From an uncultured Gammaproteobacteria bacterium (GTDB lineage: Bacteria > Pseudomonadota > Gammaproteobacteria > Pseudomonadales > JAHEGP01), in contig CAVROQ010000010.1 of the NCBI GenBank assembly GCA_963722805.1, positions 38,915 to 102,914 of the forward strand: a DNA stretch of 64,000 nucleotides, in the 5' to 3' direction. The translations under genes and the position numbers were made by a program. The notes under the pieces were generated by a model, which saw nothing but the letters and a program-made list of their open reading frames with translations, was not told where the DNA came from and searched no databases. Numbering within the stretch: position 1 is the stretch's first letter; each line of letters starts with the position of its first letter. Below are positions 1-9,088 of the stretch, piece by piece.

Positions 1-138
1 GGTGTTGTCGTCGACACTGAGCGGCGTTAAGCCTTTGTCCCGCAACTGCTGCCGGGCCTGGCGCTTGCTCTCCGCCTCGATCAACCCTTTGAGAGATTTG
101 CCACGCTGATCCAGCGCAGCATAGCTGAATGCTGCCAC
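1..138 (-). CDS. gspF: Type II secretion inner-membrane platform protein GspF, N-terminal 46 codons only (gene runs off the left edge)
   Basis: Minus-strand translation from GTG at 138 gives VAAFSYAALDQRGKSLKGLIEAESKRQARQQLRDKGLTPLSVDDNT, the typical GspF/PilC-family N-terminus. It starts 4 nt after the gspE stop codon. Confidence 0.8.
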   Translation of the reverse strand, partial: MAAFSYAALDQRGKSLKGLIEAESKRQARQQLRDKGLTPLSVDDNT

Positions 139-142
139 CGTT

Positions 143-1681
143 CTAGTCCTCCTGAGTCACCCGAAGCACTTCTTCGATAGTAGTGATTCCCGACTTTACA
201 CGGCGGAAACCGTCTTCTCGAATGCCGCTGGTGTGCTCACGAATTTGCAGGATAATTTCGGCCTCGGCACAGCGGTCATGAATCATGCGCCGCATCGAGT
301 CATCAACCATGACCAATTCATAAATGCCTATTCGCCCCCGGTAGCCCTGCTGATTGCACTGATCACAACCCATGGCACGAAATAATTGTGGCTTGTCCAA
401 AGCGGCTGCCAGGCCCAAAAGCTCGGATTCTGCAGTATCTGGCTCATACGCCTGCTTACAATCCGGGCACAGGGTTCGCACCAGGCGTTGGGCAATGACC
501 GCCACCAGGCTGGAGGCCAGCAAGAACGGCTCCACGCCCATATCTTCGAGCCGGGTAATCGCACCAACTGCGGTGTTGGTATGCAGTGTCGACAAAACAA
601 GGTGACCTGTCAGGCTGGCCTGCACCGCTATTTCAGCGGTTTCAAGATCCCGAATTTCGCCCACCATCACGACGTCCGGGTCCTGGCGCAAGATGGCACG
701 CAGCCCTCGCGCAAAAGTCATATCTGTCTTGGTGTTAACCTGTGTTTGGCCGATACCGTCGAGGTTATATTCGATCGGATCTTCAACCGTAAGTATATTG
801 CGAGTCGCGTTGTTGATTTCACTCAATGATGCATACAGGCTGGTGGTCTTGCCCGACCCGGTTGGGCCGGTGACCAATACAATGCCATGGGGACGCGCCA
901 GTACCTGCTCCAGACGCTGCAAATCAGAGGGCGCCATACCCAGGCTGTCGAGCTGTAAGCGACCTGCCTGCTTATCCAGCAAACGCAACACCACCCGCTC
1001 TCCCGCGCTGGAGGGCATGGTCGATACTCGAACATCCACTTCACGCCCACCTACGCGCAGGCTGATGCGACCATCCTGAGGTACGCGCTTTTCCGCAATG
1101 TCCAGCTTTGCCATGACTTTGATGCGCGATACCAACAGTGGCGCCAACTCCCGCCGCGGGTGCAGGATTTCCTGCAGCATACCGTCTACCCGGGCGCGAA
1201 CCGCGAGGCGCTTTTCGTAAGTTTCAATATGCACATCCGAAGCATTTTGCTTCACCGCTTCGGCAAGGATAGCGTTAATGAGGCGAATAACCGGAGCGTC
1301 ATCCTGTTGCTCCAGTAGATCCGCAGTCTCGGGTAAGCTGTTGGCCAGTGCGGTCAGATCTATATCCTCTCCCAGATCTTCTGCCGCTTGCATCGCTTCA
1401 CCAGACTTGCTTTCGTAGTATTTCCCCATCGCCTGGTCAAATTCGTCAGACTCAAGCAATTGGCAGGCAAATGGCGTACCTATAAACCTGCGAACCTCGC
1501 TCAAGGCTTCGGCCAACAAGCCTGCACGATAGAACAGTGTCAAACGCTGTTGATCATCCGCTGCCAAAAAAGCCCCGTAGCGGCGGGCAAAGCCGTAGGG
1601 TAGCTGCTCTGAATGCACAGGCTGATATTCGGCCGGCTGCTCCGCAGTTACAGCGACCATAGACTCTGGATTTGCTTGCAA
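143..1681 (-). CDS. gspE: Type II secretion ATPase GspE
   Basis: 512-aa ORF with Walker [10 protein letters not shown] and the secretion-ATPase core ([32 protein letters not shown]). The C-terminal tetracysteine motif CPDC...CDQC is present. It is followed by gspF. Confidence 0.95.
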   Translation of the reverse strand: MQANPESMVAVTAEQPAEYQPVHSEQLPYGFARRYGAFLAADDQQRLTLFYRAGLLAEALSEVRRFIGTPFACQLLESDEFDQAMGKYYESKSGEAMQAAEDLGEDIDLTALANSLPETADLLEQQDDAPVIRLINAILAEAVKQNASDVHIETYEKRLAVRARVDGMLQEILHPRRELAPLLVSRIKVMAKLDIAEKRVPQDGRISLRVGGREVDVRVSTMPSSAGERVVLRLLDKQAGRLQLDSLGMAPSDLQRLEQVLARPHGIVLVTGPTGSGKTTSLYASLSEINNATRNILTVEDPIEYNLDGIGQTQVNTKTDMTFARGLRAILRQDPDVVMVGEIRDLETAEIAVQASLTGHLVLSTLHTNTAVGAITRLEDMGVEPFLLASSLVAVIAQRLVRTLCPDCKQAYEPDTAESELLGLAAALDKPQLFRAMGCDQCNQQGYRGRIGIYELVMVDDSMRRMIHDRCAEAEIILQIREHTSGIREDGFRRVKSGITTIEEVLRVTQED

Positions 1682-1874
1682 TTCAGCACCCTCTTAGACA
1701 GTTAAAGCACGGCATTCCGGTGGACCTAATAACGCTCAATTTTTGGTATTTTTTATCAATATATGAACCGTAGCACACTATCGAGAAACTGGAGACCAAT
1801 CTGCATTCGCGCTCACAGTCGCCAACTATAATGTTGTAAAAATGTGAACTTCACGCACTTCGGGGGAATACAAG

Positions 1875-2492
1875 ATGGGCCAGAGTGGAACCCTGTCAGG
1901 TCTGGCCGAACGGTTTGGGCTGACCGGTATATCTCAGGTAACGATCGCTTCTGTGACCGCGCTCAGCCTGGCCGCGCTAGGCTGGTCTATAAGTCAGACA
2001 CTATTACAGCAGAACGACTACTCCAGCACGGTATCGTCTGCGCAGCAGCAATCCATGCCGGACTTGAACCTGGTCAGCCAGGCAAATTTATTTGGCAAGA
2101 TCGGTTCGACGCCACCACCAGACAGCAGTGAACTACCTTCGACTCGTTTGCAATGGGTGTTACAGGGAGTCTTTACGGGTACCGCACCAGATAACGGCAG
2201 TGCCATCATACTTGCCGGAGAACAGAGCGCGCAGCTATACAAGGCCAAGCAGACAATGCCCGGTGGCGCCCAGCTAACTGAGGTTCACCCCGACCACGTG
2301 GTCATCAACCTCAATGGTCGCCTGGAGACCCTGCGCTTCCCTACCATTGGCTCTATGCCGAGAGTTGAAGATGCAATAAAGCCAATAGGCGAACCCATAA
2401 TGGATATTGCAGAAGAGACCGCGAGCAATCGTCGCGAGATTGTTCGGCAGCGTCTGGAAATGTTGCGCCAACGCGCGCTGAGCCGCCCTTGA
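1875..2492 (+). CDS. gspC: Type II secretion protein GspC (XcpP-like, no PDZ domain)
   Basis: 205-aa ORF immediately upstream of gspD, with an N-terminal TM segment (VTIASVTALSLAALGW). An HR-like domain follows (RLQWVLQGVFTG...AIILAGEQSAQLYKAKQTMPGGAQLTEVHPDHVVINLNGRLETLRFP). The short coiled-coil-like tail is too short to hold a PDZ domain. A GGGGGA Shine-Dalgarno precedes the ATG. Confidence 0.7.
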   Translation: MGQSGTLSGLAERFGLTGISQVTIASVTALSLAALGWSISQTLLQQNDYSSTVSSAQQQSMPDLNLVSQANLFGKIGSTPPPDSSELPSTRLQWVLQGVFTGTAPDNGSAIILAGEQSAQLYKAKQTMPGGAQLTEVHPDHVVINLNGRLETLRFPTIGSMPRVEDAIKPIGEPIMDIAEETASNRREIVRQRLEMLRQRALSRP

Positions 2493-2503
2493 AGGAGTCC
2501 GGA

Positions 2504-4435
2504 TTGAAACACTTAAAACCAATACTGCTGTGCATCGCACTGGCCGTTGCCAGTCTATCAGCACTGGCGCAGGGCGAGCGCAACATTACCATGAACATGC
2601 AGGATGCCGAAATTCGCGCCTTAATCCAGTGGATGGCAGATAAAAGCGGCAAGAACTTTGTAGTGCACCGAGACGTGAAAGGCTCCGCGACAGTTGTCTC
2701 CGCAGAACCGGTCAGCCTTGACGAGGCCTGGCAAATGTTTTTGCAGGTACTCGAACTCAATGGTTATGCTGCAGTAAGCTCCGGCCAGTCAGTGAAGGTT
2801 CTGCCGGCCCCCAAGGCTTCACAATCTGCCGGTAACGCCGACGCAAGCCTCGCCGGAGATATTAAAGTCAGCATCATCCGCCTGCAACACGTGCCGGCAC
2901 AGGAACTTAGCGTACAGCTGAAGCCGCTAATGAGTGAAGCCGGTGTCATCACCGCGTATTCCCAGACCAATGCTCTGATAGTTTCCGACCGGGGAGACAA
3001 TATCGAGCGCATACGCCGCCTTAGCCGGCAAATTGACCAGAGCGGTGATTCATCATTCGACCTGGTCAAATTGAAACATGCGGATGCTTTTGAGCTCCTC
3101 AAGTCGGTCAGCGGTTTGATGAGTGAAGAACTCAAACAATCGGGTTTGGCTGTGTCGATGTCGGTTGACCAGCGCAGCAATGCGATTCTGCTGGCTGGCA
3201 ATAGTTATCAGCGTACTAAGGTAAAAAAGCTGGTGCAGCAGTTGGATAAACCGATGGAAGCTACTGCTGGAACCCAGGTGATATATCTTCACTATGTGGA
3301 TGCGGAGGAATTAGTACCCGTACTGCGAGGCACCCTTGATCACATCAACGAAGACTCCATGGAGAGTTCTACCCCTGCCAGTGTCGAGGCAAGTAAAGCC
3401 GCCAACGCCCTGGTGATCAATGCACCGCCAGCCATCCAGGCCCGCATCAAGCGAGTCATAAAACAGTTAGACATCCGCCGCGCCCAGGTGTTGGTAGAAG
3501 CACTTATTGTCGATGTTATGGAAGACGATGGCCGCGAATTGGGGATTAGCTGGATCACCTCAGACCTGGCCGAGGAAAACCGTACGGGTGGTTTTGCAGC
3601 CAACAACACCACCGGCGCTCTGGGCATAGGCAGCACCATCGCCGATAGCGACGGTGAAATTATTGATGTTATTCCCGGCGCCGGACTGAGTTTTGGCTAT
3701 ATAAAGGATGGAGACCTGCGAGCCGTGTTTCGAGCGCTCTCTACCAAGACTCGTTCCAACGTCATATCCACCCCTAGCGTGGTGGCTCTGGACAACGAGG
3801 AGGCTTCATTGCTGGTCGGTCAGAATGTGCCCTTTGTCACCGGCCAATCCACCGGTGCCGCTTCGCAAACCGACAACCCTTTTACCACCGTCCAGCGACA
3901 GGATATCGGTACTACCCTGAAAATTACGCCTCGCATCAATCGTGGCGACTCGGTAACGCTGAAGATTGAGCAAACCACTGAGCGAATAAACAACGAAGCT
4001 TCCTCGTCAGCTGTCGACCTGGTAACTAACAAACGCCAGATTCTCACGAACGCCCTGATCCGGGATGGAGAAATTCTGGTTCTCGGGGGCCTGATCAGCG
4101 ACGAAGAGTCTGATTTGGTCCAGAAAACACCGCTACTTGGCGACCTGCCGATACTCGGCCACCTGTTTCGCTCCAAGGGCAAGCTGAAACAAAAAACCAA
4201 TCTGATGGTGTTTATTCACCCGGTGATTTTGAAAGATGAAATGCAAGTTGCCGATGTCACACAGCGCCGCTATGACTTCATGCGCCAAGTACAGAAGTCC
4301 TACCGTAATCGAGAGCGTGTTGACTGGAACCAGGAACCACCGCTATTGCCGGACTATGACGAATTTAAGCCCGGTGGTTCAGTTACGCCAGAGGGTATGA
4401 TCGCACCACAGGGCATTGTAAGCGGGAAGCGCTAG
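2504..4435 (+). CDS. gspD: Type II secretion outer-membrane secretin GspD
   Basis: The track ORF is 2489..4435. I prefer the TTG at 2504, which is preceded by AAGGAG and gives the signal peptide MKHLKPILLCIALAVASLSALAQG. N0-N3 domains and a C-terminal secretin core are recognisable (ISTPSVVALDNEEASLLVGQNVPFVTG, LVLGGLISD, KTPLLGDLPILGHLFRS). Confidence 0.93.
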   Translation: MKHLKPILLCIALAVASLSALAQGERNITMNMQDAEIRALIQWMADKSGKNFVVHRDVKGSATVVSAEPVSLDEAWQMFLQVLELNGYAAVSSGQSVKVLPAPKASQSAGNADASLAGDIKVSIIRLQHVPAQELSVQLKPLMSEAGVITAYSQTNALIVSDRGDNIERIRRLSRQIDQSGDSSFDLVKLKHADAFELLKSVSGLMSEELKQSGLAVSMSVDQRSNAILLAGNSYQRTKVKKLVQQLDKPMEATAGTQVIYLHYVDAEELVPVLRGTLDHINEDSMESSTPASVEASKAANALVINAPPAIQARIKRVIKQLDIRRAQVLVEALIVDVMEDDGRELGISWITSDLAEENRTGGFAANNTTGALGIGSTIADSDGEIIDVIPGAGLSFGYIKDGDLRAVFRALSTKTRSNVISTPSVVALDNEEASLLVGQNVPFVTGQSTGAASQTDNPFTTVQRQDIGTTLKITPRINRGDSVTLKIEQTTERINNEASSSAVDLVTNKRQILTNALIRDGEILVLGGLISDEESDLVQKTPLLGDLPILGHLFRSKGKLKQKTNLMVFIHPVILKDEMQVADVTQRRYDFMRQVQKSYRNRERVDWNQEPPLLPDYDEFKPGGSVTPEGMIAPQGIVSGKR

Positions 4436-4695
4436 CCCGAATGATGCTCCATCACAACTATAAAAACCCGATCGAGTATCCTCGCTCTGGCGGCGATCTT
4501 GACCAGAAAACGACCCTGGATCTTGCCAGCGAGTAAATCTTCCAGGGCCTGGGTTGTCTGCTCCAATGGGATATCCTGTACCAGATAAGCCAGCTTGTCG
4601 CTGCGGTTGTGCACGGCGATCCAGACCCAGACAACCGTTTCTTCCTCCAGCACCGCTTCATCCGAATCGCTGCCCAGCAAACCTGCCCCGCGCAA
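4432..4695 (-). pseudogene. C-terminal relic of a YhdH/AcuI-type (MDR family) quinone/acrylyl-CoA reductase
   Basis: The 87-aa ORF contains LLGSDSD...WVWIAV...DIPLEQTTQALEDLLAGKIQGRFLVKI. This matches the last 60-70 residues of YhdH/AcuI proteins (LQGVDSV...AWQRLV...ISLSEAPNFAEAIINNQIQGRTLVKV). The roughly 250 N-terminal residues are absent because sohB ends at 4729. The normal stop is lost, so the reading frame runs into the gspD stop. Confidence 0.45.
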
Positions 4696-4728
4696 GATAC
4701 AAGGAATTGGGTTACGAACTGTATTGGC

Positions 4729-5805
4729 CTAGGAAAAAAAACGTGTCTGCTGCAAGCTCTGCCACAGGCGATCAATAGCGGAACTCATCGCGCCCTCTGC
4801 AGCAAGCCCAAGCCGCTCCTGCCACGTTTTCTTGGCAACATATTTGAGCTGGTATATATCTGCGCTGGAGCGCTGATCCATCAAATACTGATCACTGGTA
4901 CCCAACTGGTCGATAAGCTGCATCTCGAGGGCCTTGGTGCCGAACCAGACTTCACCTGTCGATATTACATCAATATCTATAGCGGGCCGATGTTCAGCGA
5001 CAAACTCCTTGAACAGGGCGTGAGTCTGTTCAAGCTCTTCAACAAACTTCTCGCGACCCTTTTCAGTGTTTTCGCCAAAAATTGTCAGAGTGCGCTTGTA
5101 CTCTCCAGCGGTCAACATTTCGAAATCCACATCGTGCTTCTTTAACACTTTATGAAAATTCGGTATCTGGGCCACTACCCCAATCGAGCCAATCATGGCG
5201 AAAGGCGCGCCGATAATTTTGTTACCGATACAAGCCATCATATAACCGCCGCTGGCTGCAACCTTATCGACACACACCGTTAACGGTATCTGTTTGTCTC
5301 GCAAACGGTCCAGCTGTGATGCAGCCAGCCCGTAGGAATGCACCATACCTCCGCCGCTCTCAAGTTTGACGACGACCTCGTCGCAGCTACGGGCTATGGT
5401 CATTACCGCTGAGATTTCCTCTCGTAGCTGGGAAACTGCACTCGCCCTGATGTCGCCGTCAAAATCGATAACGTACAGGCGACGCCTTGCATCGTCAGCA
5501 GCTTCAGGCTTATTCCGTATGTTGTGCTTGAGTGCCCTTTTCTTTTCTGCATGTGCCTTTTTCTCAGCTTTCTTTTTTTGCTTCTGCTGTTGCTTCAACT
5601 CGGCGGGGTCGAGCATTACCTCTTGCATATTCTGCGCCATGTTGTCGAAGCGATCGTTTAAGTGCTGCACTTCAATATGGCCGGGGTCAGGACGTTGACC
5701 ACGACTACCCGCCGATGCGGCGATGCCGATAACGATGGCAAAAGCGGCGACTAAAGTTATCGCTTTCAACAAAAAAAGGCCGTACTCGGCCGCAAATTCA
5801 ACCAC
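4729..5805 (-). CDS. sohB: Inner-membrane S49 serine peptidase SohB
   Basis: The track ORF is 4729..5916. The likely true start is the GTG at 5805, giving VVEFAAEYGLFLLKAITLVAAFAIVIG, a SohB-type N-terminal TM segment. The S49 core is present (VDKVAASGGYMMACIGNKIIGAPFAMIGSIGV), and there is a lysine-rich linker. Confidence 0.85.
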   Translation of the reverse strand: MVEFAAEYGLFLLKAITLVAAFAIVIGIAASAGSRGQRPDPGHIEVQHLNDRFDNMAQNMQEVMLDPAELKQQQKQKKKAEKKAHAEKKRALKHNIRNKPEAADDARRRLYVIDFDGDIRASAVSQLREEISAVMTIARSCDEVVVKLESGGGMVHSYGLAASQLDRLRDKQIPLTVCVDKVAASGGYMMACIGNKIIGAPFAMIGSIGVVAQIPNFHKVLKKHDVDFEMLTAGEYKRTLTIFGENTEKGREKFVEELEQTHALFKEFVAEHRPAIDIDVISTGEVWFGTKALEMQLIDQLGTSDQYLMDQRSSADIYQLKYVAKKTWQERLGLAAEGAMSSAIDRLWQSLQQTRFFS

Positions 5806-5912
5806 TGCGCACTCCAAATCATTGTAATAGATGCCAACGACGGTCCCCGGAGGAAACCGCCAAGAAGGCGTTTTAGAAGGTAGAACCGACGGCCGGCACC
5901 GGAGTGCTGGTA

Positions 5913-6551
5913 TCAATGACCCAGGGCGACTGTCGCCGCTTCGTTCAGCGGACGGGCAATTAAACCATGTTGGCCTAGTGAAATGGAATAGATGGCGCCA
6001 TCGACCATCGGCAGGAACGAAGCACTGGTGCGCAGTGCGTCGATAAATGGGAACAATAATCGGTAGCGACGGACACTGTCCCAGGCATCAACTACACCCG
6101 ATGTAGTGGCCACTTTGTAGACTGATTTGGGAGCGCTTTGTTGCTCTTCGAGACTCAGGTAGCGGCCACTCAGTTGATCTATACGATATAAGGGCTTGGC
6201 GGGAATACCGTCGACCCATTTGAGCATCCGGGCATCCAGCTGCCATTGCTCACCACTGAGAGGGTAGCGCGATTCGTTACCAGCACTATCGACCAGCAGC
6301 GCTTCATAACTCCGGCTACCCATCTGTTCAAAACTGATATTCGCGATCAACTGTTCATAGCTAGCCTCTTCGTATGCCAGCAGGTCGTAGCTAAAGAAGC
6401 CCATTGCCGCAGCCATGCCGAGCGCACCAAACGCCGCCATTCCCCTTGCCCAGGGTATAAACCATTGCAGGTGACCGACCAAGCGCAGACCAAGGTAAGC
6501 GAAGCCCAGCCCAAGGACTATTACAAACAGCGGCAGTAACCAGCTAATCAT
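5913..6551 (-). CDS. Hypothetical membrane protein (two N-terminal TM helices plus a soluble domain)
   Basis: 212-aa ORF with hydrophobic segments ISWLLPLFVIVLGLGFAYLGL and GMAAFGALGMAAAMGFF. It starts 18 nt downstream of the FimL-like gene on the same strand. I recognise no family. Confidence 0.6.
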   Translation of the reverse strand: MISWLLPLFVIVLGLGFAYLGLRLVGHLQWFIPWARGMAAFGALGMAAAMGFFSYDLLAYEEASYEQLIANISFEQMGSRSYEALLVDSAGNESRYPLSGEQWQLDARMLKWVDGIPAKPLYRIDQLSGRYLSLEEQQSAPKSVYKVATTSGVVDAWDSVRRYRLLFPFIDALRTSASFLPMVDGAIYSISLGQHGLIARPLNEAATVALGH

Positions 6552-6569
6552 GACAAATACCCACCCACG

Positions 6570-8249
6570 CTATGCTGCAAAGCCAAGTTCTGAAATGCTG
6601 TCTTCAGCAATCGTCAACAAATCACGGTTCTCGTGCTCCGAGACCGATAATTCGTCCAGGTAGTACTCAAGACTGATCAGTGCATCAGCCAGGGTCTCTA
6701 CTGCCTGCCGGGTTTGATCGGTCGCTTCGCGCACGCCAAAGTGATCGATATAGTTGATGCAGTTTCTCAGCACTGTAGCTGCCCGTTCATGACCCAGTAT
6801 CTGGAATGCTCCTTGAACCATGGTTAAACTGGCTCCCACATTGGCCACGTGTACAGCATCGAAACCGGAATCCAGGTAGGCGCTTATCCCTCGTTTCGCC
6901 AGGCTTATCGCCGATTTGCTCTCATTGATCACGACCCCTGTCGCTTCATCCAGCATCTCGCGAGCAAGCATCCCACTGCCTTGCTGCCCGCACGCCATTG
7001 CACGATCGTTAAAACAGTCGGGATTCCTGAGGGTGTTCTCAACCAACAGTAAGGCCTCGGCAAGAGACTGCATGGCGTCTTTTTCGATAATGCCCGCCGC
7101 CATACTCTGGTTAAACGTAAAGGCTTTGTCGAGCAGCACTCCCTTGAGCCGGAGAAATCCGGCATTTCCCAAAGTTTCGCCAATCGCTTGCAGACGATTG
7201 GCGGCAGTCGAAGCCAAGCCAACAGTCATGGCATCACGATTTGCCTCAAGCAACTCTTTAAGGGTCTGCAATTGTTCGCGCAGAGCCTGGGCCACCGTAT
7301 TCAATGCCTCAATAGAAGACTTGCCCAATGATTCCTCAAGCTCCGCCAGCTCTGCATCGTCGAAAGGTGGCGCCGGCAAACTGTACTGGCGACAGATGCC
7401 CGCGCGTAGCGGCGAGTCACCACCCGCGAGCAGCAGTAAACAGAGTAAGGCATCGCGGTCCAGAGGCAACAGCTCGGCCGGCTGATTTGTACCGGGCTTA
7501 AAACGCTGACGCAGATAGCCGTCAACCAGGGCCAACATACGTTTGCGAGCAGCGCTCATTCGCAGTGAACCTGATCTCAGCTGCTGCAGCACAGCGCCGA
7601 CCAGCAGCCACCACTCCTCATTGGCCAGGCTGACAAAATTTTGTCGCAGGCGATTTACAGCACGCTCCATCAAACCCATGCTGGACGGAACATTTTTGTC
7701 TCGCAACACGGCTAGCAAACCGACTTCATACATATGCAAAAGACGCTTTGCCCGCGACAGTTCTTCCTCAACCAGACTATATTCTTCGCCAGCCGCCAGC
7801 TCAGGAATCCTGCCCGGCTGAAAGTTGAGTAATTGAGCTTCCAACAGGCCCGGCTGACGCAGTATTGCGCGCAAGCGATTGATGGTTTCAGCAATAAGTA
7901 GGGGGTTTAGCTGCTGCGTGTCTATGCTGCTATCGATATATCGCTCAAGACCAATAAATCCGGCGGTCACCGCAGCCTGGGTGGATTCGCCAGGTTCCAA
8001 ACCACCAGCCACCATCGCCTCGCAGCACTGCAATAAAGAAGCGGAAAGTTCTACCGCTCCACAAAATTCGACAAGCCGCAAAATGCCACTGACCTGGCGT
8101 AATTCGACGATAGCGTTATCAATCAAGGTGGCAGCTGCAGGCTCTCGCAGCCACGCATCAACATATTGCCTCGCGGTAGCCAGGCTCTTTTGCAGCTCTT
8201 CTTGCACCAGCATCGCTGATTGCAGGTTAATTGGTATTAAGAAAGGCAC
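6570..8249 (-). CDS. fimL: FimL-like scaffold protein (ChpA N-terminus-like, degenerate Hpt domains)
   Basis: 559 aa, mostly helical and Leu/Ala-rich. The N-terminus QEELQKSLATARQYVDAWL...NAIVELRQVSGILRLVEFCGAVELSASL follows the pattern of FimL/ChpA Hpt-like repeats. Size (P. aeruginosa FimL is about 558 aa) and neighbourhood (nhaB, dnaQ, rnhA, gloB, mltD) match the Pseudomonas fimL locus as I recall it. Confidence 0.5.
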   Translation of the reverse strand: MPFLIPINLQSAMLVQEELQKSLATARQYVDAWLREPAAATLIDNAIVELRQVSGILRLVEFCGAVELSASLLQCCEAMVAGGLEPGESTQAAVTAGFIGLERYIDSSIDTQQLNPLLIAETINRLRAILRQPGLLEAQLLNFQPGRIPELAAGEEYSLVEEELSRAKRLLHMYEVGLLAVLRDKNVPSSMGLMERAVNRLRQNFVSLANEEWWLLVGAVLQQLRSGSLRMSAARKRMLALVDGYLRQRFKPGTNQPAELLPLDRDALLCLLLLAGGDSPLRAGICRQYSLPAPPFDDAELAELEESLGKSSIEALNTVAQALREQLQTLKELLEANRDAMTVGLASTAANRLQAIGETLGNAGFLRLKGVLLDKAFTFNQSMAAGIIEKDAMQSLAEALLLVENTLRNPDCFNDRAMACGQQGSGMLAREMLDEATGVVINESKSAISLAKRGISAYLDSGFDAVHVANVGASLTMVQGAFQILGHERAATVLRNCINYIDHFGVREATDQTRQAVETLADALISLEYYLDELSVSEHENRDLLTIAEDSISELGFAA

Positions 8250-8523
8250 TGTCTGTTACTCCCTGTCACCTCTGGACCACTGCCAGGTGAGGCCCGTTGT
8301 CTGATTGCCCAAGTATAGTTGGCGCCGCTACACTCACTATTGTTTCGCCCTACCAGTGACTATGGATTCCAGACATAGAGACGTACTTCACAAAATCGGC
8401 AGCTATCTGCAACGCCGGAGCGGGATCATTCTTTTATAAATTGCTGCAAAACGGTTTCCTTTGCGCGCCCAACCAAAGAGCATCTATCCGCTGTTATGCC
8501 AAGCTTCTGCCTCGAAAGGATAA

Positions 8524-8856
8524 AAGCGTCGTTACGGCCTGCGACATGCAATAGGACGTAATTGTCCGGGGCAGACACCCATATGGTCCAAGTGGGCAAT
8601 TGCCGGGGTTCTGATAATCGATTTGCTGTTACTTTAGTTGGTAGGGCCCAAACTAAGCGGCTGGGCATTGATCGGCGAATTTATATTCACCCTAACACTT
8701 GCTCGCAGGTACTATCCATTGCAGCCAGGCGGATTGCTGGCCATCGAGGCGACCTTGCTGAGCCTCACCCAAGACGATTTACCGGCAAGCGCACACTGGT
8801 TTCGAGGTGCTGATGCTGCAGATTTTTATGGTAGCCGGCATCTACGTTTATAACGT
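8524..8856 (+). pseudogene. nhaB: Relic of Na+/H+ antiporter gene nhaB (N-terminal ~110 codons; start lost, in-frame stop, frameshift, remainder deleted)
   Basis: Frame 1 reads [70 protein letters not shown]. This matches E. coli Nha[71 protein letters not shown]. There is no in-frame ATG and a TAG lies at 8635-8637. The match then continues in another frame ([15 protein letters not shown] versus VLLLLMFMVAGIYFM). Only about 230 bp remain before dnaQ, whereas the full gene is about 1.5 kb. Confidence 0.75.
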
Positions 8857-9088
8857 TGGTGAGGGCTTCGATTCCTTGAACCACACAGTCGCCTCTGGCC
8901 ATACCCTTGACTCACCGTATGACAAAGTAACGATCGCGGTGTCTACGAGTATAACCGCGCAGACCTTGAGAGCTTTCGCGCAATCTGATGATACCCGGCC
9001 CGGTAGGAACCGCCCTTGGCGGTGCAGCCGTCGATGTTTTTCATCGCCAATGGGGTACTGTCGATGATCAGCGTTCCCGCCACCTGAC

